A stretch of 64,000 nucleotides of DNA from contig NW_026782129.1 of the NCBI RefSeq assembly GCF_031769215.1, forward strand, positions 744,001 through 808,000. Direction: 5' to 3'. A program made the translations under genes and the position numbers. Numbering within the stretch: the stretch's first letter is position 1; each line of letters starts with the position of its first letter. The stretch is from Ylistrum balloti. Its lineage: Eukaryota. Shown here piece by piece: positions 1-11,900 of this stretch. The notes beneath the pieces are model-generated. The model did not search any database. It was not told where the DNA came from and saw only the letters and a list, made by a program, of their open reading frames with translations.

Positions 1-202
1 TTGCCCCAAATTAAACACATTTGATACTTAAAAAAATAGGACAAGTTCTAAAGAGCATTATACATGTGTATAGGTAATCTAAACCGAAACAGATACTTGT
101 TATGATAAAAATGAATTGAACAAAATGATATTGTTAGAATACATTAATAGATGTCATTATGTGTTGATATAGACAACACCTAGAAAGTTAATATTACCAT
201 TC

Positions 203-3200
203 TTAACAAGCGCCGTTGTTTGGCTGGAAAGTGCTACACATACAAACGATATTGGAACTGTGACCAACGCACACAGATGGTCCTGCAAAGTGTGGAAACG
301 AACAATAAGGATTTATTTGAGAAAGAAATATAGACTCCTGAATCATAGTACAAATTTCGAAAAATGATGTTACTTTTTTAAACATTATATATCGCGCATA
401 TTAACAAACTAAAAATTAAATCGGAAATACATCTGGAGATCCCTACAACAAGAACTAATGTATAGCTGGTCATTTTTACGCGAAATAATTTTCGCGATTT
501 TCTTTTAAAACGACCGAGACGTATTTCAACGAATTAAAATTTTGCGATGTGGATGTAAAAGCACATTTAATACACACGTGTCTCATTACTACATGAAATA
601 AATTTTCGCGACCTCGTAAATGTACTGCGAAAAGATCACCCCGCGAAAATGATCGAATATACAGTAACATTAAATAAAGAAATACTTCATAGATACTTTA
701 TCATGAAATATATCACGGAGATTCTCACAACATGAGGAAATAACCCTAAAACAGGAAATACATCACGGAGATTCTCACAACATGAGGAAATAACCCTAAA
801 ACTGGAAATACATCACGGAGATTCTCACAATCTGAGGAAATAACCCTAAAACAGGAAGTACATCATGGAGATTCTCACAACATGAGGAAATAACCCTAAA
901 ACAGGAAGTACATCATGGAGATTCTCACAACATGAGGAAATAACCCTAAAACAGGAAGTACATCATGGAACTTCTCACATGAGGAAATAACCCTAAAACA
1001 GGAAGTACATCATGGAGATTCTCACAACATGAGGAAATAACCCTAAAACAGGAAGTACATCATGGAGATTCTCACAACATGAGGAAATAACCCTAAAACA
1101 GGAAGTACATCATGGAGATTCTCACAACATGAGGAAATAACCCTAAAACAGGAAGTACATCATGGAACTTCTCACATGAGGAAATAACCCTAAAACAGGA
1201 AGTACATCATGGAGATTCTCACAACATGAGGAAATAACCCTAAAACAGGAAGTACATCATGGAGATTCTCACAACATGAGGAAATAATCCTAAAACAGGA
1301 AGTACATCATGGAGATTCTCACAACATGAGGAAATGACCCTAAAACAGGAAGTACATCATGGAGATTCTCACAACATGAGGAAATAACCCTAAAACAGGA
1401 AGTACATCATGGAGATTCTCACAACCTGAGGAAATAACCCTAAAACAGGAAATATATTACAGAGATTACATCGACAGGAAGTAATACTAAAACAGGAAAT
1501 AGTTTACAGAGATCCTCACAACAACAAGAGGTAACACTAAAACAGGAAATGCACTAAAGAGATCCTCACAATAACAGGAAGTAACACTAAAACAGGAAAC
1601 GCATTACAGAGATCTTAACAACGACAGGAAGTAACACTAAAACAGGAAATACATTACAGATATCCTAACAACGACAGGAAGTAACACTAAAACAGGAAAC
1701 GCATTACAGAAATCTTAACAACGACAGGAAGTAACACTAAAACAGGAAATACATTACAGATATCCTAACAACGACAGGAAGTAACACTAAAACAGGAAAT
1801 ATATTACAGATATCCTAACAACGACAGGAAGTAACACTAAAACAGGAAACGCATTACAGAGATCTTAACAACGACAGGAAGTAACACTAAAACAGGAAAT
1901 ACATTACAGATATCATAACAACGACAGGAAGTAATACTAAAACAGGAAACGCATTACAGAGATCTTAACAACGACAGGAAGTAACACTAAACAGGAAATA
2001 GATTACAGAGATCCTCACAAAAGCAAGGGGTATCACTAAAACAGGAAACACATTACAGAGATCTTAACAACGACAGGAAGTAACGCTAAAACAGGAAACG
2101 CATTACAGAGATCTTAACAACGACAGGAAGTAACACTAAAACAGGAAATACATTACAGATATCCTAACAACGACAGGAAGTAACACTAAAACAGGAAACA
2201 CATTACAGAGATCCTACCAACGACAGGAAGTAACACTAAACAGGAAATAGATTACAGAGATCCTCACAAAAGCTAGGGGTATCACTAAAACAGGAAACAC
2301 ATTACAGAGATCTTAACAACGACAGGAAGTAACGCTAAAACAGGAAACGCATTACAGAGATCTTAACAACGACAGGAAGTAACACTAAAACAGGAAATAC
2401 ATTACAGAGATCCTAACAGCGACAGGAAGTAACACTAAAACAGGAAATTAATTGCAGAGATCCTCACAACAATGACACGTAACACTAAAACAGGAAACAC
2501 ATTACAGAGATCCAAACAACGACAGGAAGTAACACTAAAACAGGAAACACATTACAGAGATCCTAACAACGACAGGAAGAAACACTAAAACAGAAAATAT
2601 ATTACAGAGATCCTAACAACGACAGGAAGAAACACTAAACAGGAAATAATTAACAGAGATCCTCACAACAGCTAGGGGTATCACTAAAACAGGAAATAGA
2701 TTACAGATTCTCACAACAGCAAGAATACACCAAAACAGGAAATTGATTGCAGAGATCCTCACAACAATGACACGTAACACTAAAACAGGAATCACATTAC
2801 AGAGATTATCACAGCGAAGGGAATTTACACTAAAACAGAATATACATAAAATATCATTATAACAACTCACAGCAACAAAACTGAAATCTGATGTGTGTTT
2901 CCAACCGAAGTTTTCCGACAAAGTAACAGATGGAGTTTCAACCAATTCACAGACGAGGTTATTTCTGTTATAGTTGATGGCGCCACATCGGCCGTTCTTA
3001 ATGCACATCACACCACACTGGATCTCCCCAACAGTTGTTTGTACAGAAAAGGATTCCTTCCTTGTATTGATTTCGAAGGTTCCACACGCCATATGCACGA
3101 AAGATGACAACAAAATTATCAGGAACCTAAAACAATAAGAACCATTTCTAGTATGTATATATTGTGATATAAAAATTGTAGATATAAGGACCGAAAGTCG

Positions 3201-4045
3201 ATAATAAAACCAGGAAAAAAGGACGGATGGAAATGGCATCATCACCACTTATTTCTTATTTCGATATTCATTTTCAGTGATCAGAGAACTACAGTTATAT
3301 AATTTCATGGGATAGAAAAACGTAAACATAAACACATGCCTATTTGAAAGTAATTTGGGTTTATTTGTGAGTTAGTCACATGATTACATTATATATATAT
3401 ATGTAGTTATTTTAGGATTACGTTCTCATTTTTCTTCATTCCCCCGATCTATGCAAACTATTTTTTCTGCAGAAAGAAAAAGCAGGATAAGTCAACATGA
3501 AGGACAACATCTGAATTTCAGAAAAATAACACCATTTTAGAATCTATAGAAAGTTATGGAAAGTGGCGATTTTAACGTTGGAAAGCAAACCGCTTCTGTA
3601 CATAATGTAATTTATACGTTTCATTATTTTCTGAAAAATAAATGGTATATTAAGCTTGCGCCGTAATATCATATCAAGTATAAGTGTAATTTAAAATGAG
3701 TCTGCTAATCTCCTTACACAAAGAATAAACATTTTTTTATCCAAACAATGGATAAAACTGCGTCATACAGCGGTTTCGTTCTCCTAGGGCTCGTCAGTGA
3801 CGCTAAGGGCCTAAAGTTTGAAGTCTTGAAGGCGATTGAGGAAAATCCAAAGTGATCGAAATCTCAATGTGGATGTGCACTAACATTAAATCCGTATACT
3901 TTCTAATTAAGGTTCAAAATGTAAGAGTTCATGACTATATAGATAAGGTATGATAAAACATCTTAAACAAAACAGAGGTTTGGTTTCATTAATAATTTTG
4001 TCATTTTCAGTATCATCTCTCTTACCTGTCACTCAAACGAGACAT
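203..4045 (-). CDS. Small secreted PAN/apple-domain protein with Cys-rich C-terminus, 3 coding exons, 136 aa
   Basis: Exons 4045-4026 (ATG...GAC AG|gtaag), 3126-2871 (ttttag|G...GCT|gtgagt), 337-203 (attcag|GAG...TAA); phases join without frameshift. Protein MSRLSDRFLIILLSSFVHMACG (signal-like), then QCGVMCIKNGRCGAINYNRNNLVCELV (PAN-type C-x3-C-x5-C...Y...C-x-L spacing), then ESIFLSQINPYCSFPHFAGPSVCVGHSSNIVCMCSTFQPNNGAC. Confidence 0.75.
457..666. mobile_element. Tc1/mariner-type MITE in intron 2 of the PAN gene
   Basis: Imperfect terminal inverted repeats TAATGTATAGCTGGTCATTTTTACGCG / CGCGAAAATGATCGAATATACAGTA with TA ends; internal TTTTCGCGA repeats. Confidence 0.65.
711..1440. repeat. 50-bp minisatellite, block A (~14-15 copies)
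   Basis: Unit CATCATGGAGATTCTCACAACATGAGGAAATAACCCTAAAACAGGAAGTA; near-identical copies, two 47-bp variants. Confidence 0.97.
1441..2870. repeat. 50-bp minisatellite, block B (~28 copies), related to block A
   Basis: Unit ACATTACAGAGATCCTAACAACGACAGGAAGTAACACTAAAACAGGAAAT; more divergent toward 2870, where it merges with the exon-2 donor. Confidence 0.95.
3760..3803 (-). ncRNA. Minimal type I hammerhead ribozyme motif (weakened stem II)
   Basis: Minus strand: GCGTCA-CTGACGA-GCCC TAGGA GAAC-GAAA-C CGCT G-TA^TGACGC. Stem I GCGTCA/TGACGC is perfect, core CUGANGA and GAAA intact, GUA cleavage triplet, 2-bp stem III. Stem II has two C-A mismatches. Confidence 0.65.
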
Positions 4046-7000
4046 TGCTCTCCTCGGCTGTGTTGCGTTTTATCTGTCTGGATGATGCTTGTAAGTATTT
4101 GTGATAAATTTATATCCCAAATATGAATCAATACAAGAATTTTACATCATGATACAAAAGTCAACAACTTGTGACGTTGATGGTTTTGATAGGATATTCG
4201 GACGCAGGATTGACAATCAATAAATGAACGGTGTATTTACATGGCGTTTCCAAATACTGTCATCATGACGTCGGCATTTAATATAAATCATATATAATAT
4301 CGAACACCGAGATACGCAAGGCTGACGACCAGACAAAATTATCTTATTTCCAAAAACACTGTACATATGACCACATCAAACAAAATAGTCTTCGCGTGTT
4401 AATGTAACAAGACAATGTGGCTAAGTAGGGAAACATACCCATTGAATGAATCCAACACAAACTTCACGAACAGTTCGGTGATGTTCGGTGATGTTCGGAA
4501 ATAACGTATTATATTTTCTAAGTGAAGGGATTCTTAACAAAAGCAATCGGAAATTCCTCTGTATTGAATATAAAGTAAGCTGTTGTCACAAATATAATAT
4601 CCATAAAACACAAAAGAAGCTAAAAAGAAAAAAAATCAATAAAAATTGGACTTTAACATTAGATAGAATAGGGACAATATAACAATTATTCCTTTGTGGT
4701 ATCACGAACGTTCTTACTTCCGGTGTAAACACGTATGCTTCGATCAGGAAAGAACCTTGGCCATATCCTTTTTATTGTCGTATTATATTTACATACAATG
4801 GTAAACCCTGCTTTGAACTGTGGGGGTTTGTCTCAAATACTTGTATACGGCTGTGTTTAATCCTATCTTCACCAACGGACCAATGATTCCTTCATCGATA
4901 AGAGACCACGGAAAAGAGAGAGGAATATAAACATATTTGATTTATTTCATTCCAACAGATCATAAACATAATACATCATTACACATTTTAACACTCGCGC
5001 TAGCGCTCTGTATGCAAACATAAATGGCAAAACAAAGACATATTGAGAGTTAATGTTGCGATTGGATTTCAGTATTTTTGTTTTACTAATATTGACAATA
5101 CAAGACAGATTTATACCCAATGACTAGATATTAAAACAGGAGTATCAAGATCAATAGTTAATCTTTTTTGTGATATGTTGTCAGTCACTCGTATTGTCTA
5201 TAAAAGCTTCTTGGTGTAGTTCAGCTCCACAAGTAAACCAAGTAAAGCATGCATGTTTCCTTGTTTGTTTTCCATGGTGATGAGATAGCAATTAACAACT
5301 GGCATGGTTTTACCATAATTATCCGACTAAGACGTAAGGGAGGAGGTGTCGGCGGTCGCAATGACATTCGATTTTTCCGAGTATTCGATTTTAAGTGAGA
5401 TCAAATGTTTGGTATAACGAGATTCGACTGTAAGCTAAAAGCTTCAGGATTAAAAAAAATAAGGTAAGCAAAATTAATGTTTTAAATCCAGATAGATCTA
5501 AATATGCGAGGAAATGAGAATATCCAAGGAAAACCCAATTTTCGATTTAAGAACAAGAATAACAGCATGTCAACAGAATCGAAATCCAGACTAAAAATAA
5601 TTAAAAATGGGTCAAATTTACAAGGAAAAAGTACAAGGAGAATAAAGCATTCAGGAGTTCCAGAAGAGCACGCGTCTTCTGCTTCTTCGACGACACCCGC
5701 CATAGGTCTGTGTACTGCTACAAATATCAAGGCTGTCAAATTATAGGCCTTGTACTGTTGCAAATGTCACTTCCGTTAAAATTCATATTTATTTCACTGA
5801 AGATTGGAATTATTTCATCGCTTTTCATGTCAACCATGATGACCTTTGACATATCTTGATCTAAAAGTAATCAAATCCAAATTTCGTCTTTTTTTAGTAA
5901 GCAATAATTGACAACTTAAAAAAAGACACAAAAAGCGTACTTACATACTGAGTAATCCGAAGCTAACAAAAACATCACAGTTCTAAGGTACATTTTGTTG
6001 ACTTTGTTAAATCTGAACTAAAAATCGTGTCATGGTATATAAAATCTATGTTTCTCACGCTTCCTACTTATCCCCGGTGATCATATTACACACATAATCA
6101 AAATGAAAATTATCGGTATTTCTTAGTTTTTTATTTTTAACATAGATGAAATCAATATTCCCGCATCAGACAATCAAAGGGATAGACAAAAGAATGATAT
6201 TTTGTTGTAAGATTAGCGGAAAGATATTATGTTGACTAGCACTTCTGCACAATGGTTGTCCTAAATCTAGCCCTGGCCGAGTGTATGGAGTGATGTCTCC
6301 AGTAGGTGTGTCACCTAATTTTGATTGTACATGTTAACAGGGTGTGCGTCACTTAGTAAGGAGCATTTAAATACTGTCATGACCCATTGATATTATGTGG
6401 AAAATTTCCGCATGGTTTTTATGTCAATATATACCATTCTTTCCAGCACTCAGGAATGCATCCTGTCGTCCTATAACCTCATTTTCTGTTAATTTTAAGG
6501 CAGAACAGTACATCTATGAAACATACGTAATACCTTGATGTATTACAAAAGGGAGATAACTCCTGTTAATACATAATATATAGGTCGAAACGTGATTCGA
6601 ACTACGGTCAATTCGTCTGTAAGGGATTTAAAACGTGGATATCTAGGTCAAAGTCAAGAAGCATGTTATATTGAGTGGATAGAATGAATGAAATAAATTT
6701 CGTAAATTTTGATTATTGGATATTCTGCCTACGTTTAATGTGATGTGAGAACTACCAACATACAATTCAGTTAGTTGTAAAGCAACTTAAAAAAAAGGTA
6801 TGATTAAACTAATAGAATTTTGACCCAAAGAATTTTCCAATAAGCATTATTAATGAAAATGTACAATCTTTTATCCAGGTATGACGACCCCACATCAAAT
6901 ACTGTGACTTTACCGACATCTGCACTTTTCGTTCTCCCAGTGACAGAGTGTTTTAAATATGACACTGGACAAATGATATACCCTATTTGAAGATGAAACA

Positions 7001-8973
7001 TGTAATGATAAAAATTCTGATGCAGGTTATTATCAGAAAAAGACAAGGGCCACCAAACTGGCAGATAATATGTAGCTATTACACAGAGGCAGCGAGGTGC
7101 AATACACATCCGACCCAATTTACATGTATGACCGCTCGTGTACTGTGTATATGTAAAACCTGGTATAGTTAGTTTGTCTAACAATCTTTCAAAATTATGG
7201 AGAACATAATCTAGGATTGCCAAGCGAAAGATAACACAGAGGGAATAGTTTTTCTTGGTCATTGGAGGCCACTTAAACAGTATTGTTACCTCCCTTGATT
7301 CATAACCTGAAATATATGACCAAGTTAAGGCAGCTTATCATAAGCGTCTAATTTGTCTATATTTACATATAAGGACATTTTATGCCAATACATTTCTAAT
7401 GACTGAAATCTCACGTGGTTTTACATACACCATTACATACATCGCTAGTATATCTCTATTGGATATATACTAGCGATTCAACTTTACAGTCTATCTGAAA
7501 CACGTGTACAACGAATTAATTCAGCTAAACTGTCTTTTCTTACATGTTTATTACCTCACCTTCACACTGTGCATATCTCACTGACAGAATGCAAAATTCA
7601 TACGCGCCTGAAAGTAATAGCATACCCGTGGAATGATTATCCTCCAGGATTTCTCACTGTCCATATTTTGTAATATAAAAGGGCTTTTTAGATAGATAGA
7701 GTTTTACAATTATTAAAATTCTGAACATTTCTGTGTCATCACTCGACGTAGAAATTCCTTATTATAGTGAAGAAGAAAGAAATTGCGCGAAGGCACAACT
7801 ATATTCTTTGTTAACGTAACAAAAAGCTCCTTGTTTCTTGTGTCCAAAGTAAGAGGGAATACTACATTACTGTATTCACATTTCCTAGATCAAACTGTTA
7901 TCTAAATTGGAGAGTGTGTCTCGTTTTATAGCCAGGTTCCTTTCTTTTTCTAGAGGATGTGAATACGCTACATCAATATTATCACTGACGCGGAAGTAAA
8001 CTGAGAGACGACTTTAGACAATTCGAAGATGCTGAAGTTAAACAAAATTATAAAGAAAAAGTGATAATCCTAGAGTGTTATTTATAGTTTTAAAATCCCT
8101 TAAACCTTATCAGAGGTCAAAGGTTATATCTTATTATCTGATGGTTATTTAGTATAGATTTCCTTTTGAGTTGCGCATGTACATGGAATTAATCGATAAT
8201 TACAAACCACGAGTTATAGGTAGTTATTAAGAGACAAAACTCGAAATTAATCAATTATATAATAAGCTATTTGTGAGTGAAGGCGACAAACAATCTGAAA
8301 TATTTCATAAAATGTCTTTATATAAAGAAACAAACTAAGGATCATCCTAATATCAAATTAACCAGGAGAAATGTTGGATTACTGGTGTGATTTTATGACA
8401 GTGAAAATATCATATATGACATTATCTCGTATAAACAGAGAAACAAGAGATATTCTGCATGAAAATATGAATAATCAAACTCCAACAGAACAAAATCTTA
8501 TGTTTTTGGTTAAAAATGCAATATTTTTGTTTACATTGTGTGTTTTTATAAACTGAGTTATATTTTATACATCATCCCGAGAGCACTCAGTATATAACAA
8601 CAAAACAGTACTTGATAATATACACATTACAAAATCAAAGAACGCACCAGTAGGTATGTGTTTCCTGTGTGCCAGGTATTTAAACCATATTGTCAGTGTG
8701 TGATCACAAACAATAACATGTTGAGATGGGTATCGTTGTAGAGCCAAATAAAACATGTCTGCCCTTAGCCAATAGATATGCCAAGTACACGTATCCCATC
8801 CGCTCATGTTCTTTTTATAGCCGTAACTAAGGAATCCCCACTATTGTTTAAACTAGTCTCAGACAATTAAGCTTGATTAGACCTGCAGTATACACCATTA
8901 AGCTATATATCGACGCCATATTTGTTTTGGTGCTTGACAGAGGAAATATCAAACCAGCTAAAATACATCAAAA

Positions 8974-11900
8974 ATGCCACCGAAGAAAAAAAAGAGCGGA
9001 AAAAAAGGGAAGAAGAGTGGAAAATCTGGGCGTGGATCACCTTCTAAATCGTATGGGGACGGTGTCAACGAAATGTCGAAAGATTTCGTATTTATGCAGA
9101 TTAGAGATTTAGAACTTCAGCTAATGAAGTAAGTAGAAATGTGCAATATATCACATATTTCATTATAACGAAAATATGATGTAAATATCCAACCGACCGA
9201 CGTCAATCAAGGCTTCATGCCTTACATCACTTTTATCAAATAATAAATTATATAATGTTTAATATAGTTAAATCTTAACCAACAATACGTATGTAACATA
9301 TATATTGTTCATTTCATTAGAATCTTAGATGATTACCCTGGCTTGATTTGTCCATGAATAATATATGTTGAAAACTATTCGCATTCGATCTTTGTAGTTA
9401 TCATCCGGGTTAAGTACCCATAAACTCTCGTTTATGTACAGAATTGTGAAACTGACACGTAAAAATGTGTGTCCCGGAATCATTAAAAGTGGGCTATCGT
9501 GATTAAGGACAAGATAATGGTTGATAGGTGAAGGGTCATTGCATGAAAATATTTAGATAAAATAACACTGTTTCATATGAAGGATATATTTATCTATGTA
9601 TTATTATGATCATTGATTCTTCAAGGTACCAAGCTAAAGCGGAAGAACTGGAGAAAAACCAGATTGTTCTGCAGGAAAAGCATGATGAGATGGCTAGAGA
9701 GAACGCCGACATAGAAAAGTTCTTTCAGGCTCAAGATAACGAAAAAGGTACACAAATGCTTTACATATTTTCACATTAGTATACGTGGTGAATATATACT
9801 AGAAATAAAGTGTTGCTTTATTAATTTCCTGACGTGTTTTGGTAAAATACTAGTATAGTGAAAAGACATGGCAAATTGCATATCAACTTCAACTACCAAA
9901 CAATTTCATATAAAAAAATGCTCACTTTTAATGTTTTAACTATGGAATGACATAACAGTATCGTTGAAACAGTCCAACAGTGGTTATTAGGCTGTTCAGA
10001 TGTAATGATAATTACAATAAGAAAAAAAAAACCTGGGTTTATTTTTGTCTGTGAACAATTACTTCTGAATGAAATCAATTATGTTCAGAACAAGAAAAAG
10101 CTCTGATCATGGAAGAGATAAACGGAGTACAAACGACACGGGAGGAAGAGAAGGAATGGGCTAATGGTCAGATTGACCAGATCCGACAGGACTTTCAGGA
10201 CACGAAAGAGAGGCTTACCGCAGAGAATAGCCTACTCAGTAAGTTTGAAATATTTCTACAACCCACACATATTAAAAATGTGTAGTATTGACAATGAGGC
10301 TGTAACTATGTAGATAACATTCACTCGCGTATCCATCATTGTTATTTGTGCACTGTGTTAAAGCCATCATTTTGGGGATTTGTACAGTTATTTTGGCGAA
10401 ATCGCAGGCAAGGAAAACATTAGAATTGACACATAAGGGTTTTAACACAATGTTGGCTTTTACACGGCACATTTTCTCTACACATGGCTCACTAATAAGT
10501 TGCTATAAACGCACGTGTTTTAGTGGTAGTATTACTTCATCAATTTTCGCGCTGAAACAATGGCGCTAAGATATGATTGTGCTAACTGCATTTTTTTTAT
10601 GTTGTTTTTTACCAGATAATTCATCTTTTCAGAACTAATGTTTGGCCAGAATCATAGAAAACTGAGAGATTGGAACAGCCTTGCCAAATAGTATAACACA
10701 ATATTTATATATATGTTATAAAAGTATAACATACTGATGTATTTAGTAAAATGTTATGTTATTTCATACGTAAGGTCAACAGCTGAATGAGTTAGAAGAT
10801 TTCAAATTGAAGAAAGAGGAACGAATAGCTCATGTGGCTGCCATGGAGGAGCATATGAAACAGAGCGACGAGGACCAGAAGTACATCATTGAAAACATCC
10901 GCTTAAAGGCAATTGTTGATAAAGACAGGTACGTTGTAATTCCAATTAAAGTTCAATGTTGATAAACATAGGTGCGTTATATTTTCGGTTAAAAACCATT
11001 ATTGATAAAGATAGATACGTTATATTTTCGGTTAAAAACCATTGTTGATAAAGATAGATGCGTTATATTTTCGGTTAAAAACCATTGTTGATAAAGATAG
11101 ATGCTTATATTTTCGGTTAAAAACCATTGTTGATAAAGATAGATGCTTGTATTTTCGGTTAAAACCATTGTTGATAAAGATAGATACGTTTTATTTTCGG
11201 TTAAAAACTTTTTTTGGATAAAGGCAGGTGCGTTACATTTCCTGTTTAAACATTGTTGAGAAAGACAGGCGCGTTATATATCCTGTTAATGGTCATCGTT
11301 GATAAAGACACGTGCGTGGTATTTCTTAGTGTACAATCCTTTATCAAGAATAGCATTTTTTTTCAATTTAATGACAATAAACCTGTTTACTATGTGAGAT
11401 TACTTAACAATGCGTAATATCAGAACCGTTCATAGAATGTCATGGACACTGACTGCTTAGCGATAAACCAAAGCTTAAACGTGTTCTTATCTGTCCTCTT
11501 TTCGTATATGAATCATACCAATCGTGTTTAATCAAACATTGATCATAATATTACACACGATACTTTATCATCAAGCAAATCTCGGCACCAAACAAATGAA
11601 GATGATGAAAATGGATTTATAACATTTTATGTTTTAAAATCTAAATACAGATTGAAAAAGGAAATGGTGGACCAGGTGAATCAGAGAGCTGCAGACTTTA
11701 GAAAGGTATCTAACAAACAAATGGCAGACACAACAAAGCGAGCTATCCGAGAGAATGTGTCGATACGAGGGGAGATAATTCAGACGTCAGACAAAACTAT
11801 CGAGTTAATGGCAGAAAATGCCGAGGTTCGCGCACGTGTAGCTGAACAGGAAGAACGAATAAAAATGTTGGAAGAAAGAGAAAAAGATCTTGCAAAGAAC

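Noticed and set aside
2613-3248. 211-aa ORF as a single-exon gene
   Set aside because: Only 2871-3126 is bounded by splice sites and domain-like; the rest is intron and minisatellite.
5482-7262. ORFs 5482-5763, 5504-5746 and 6804-7262
   Set aside because: No recognisable motif and no consistent splice partners.
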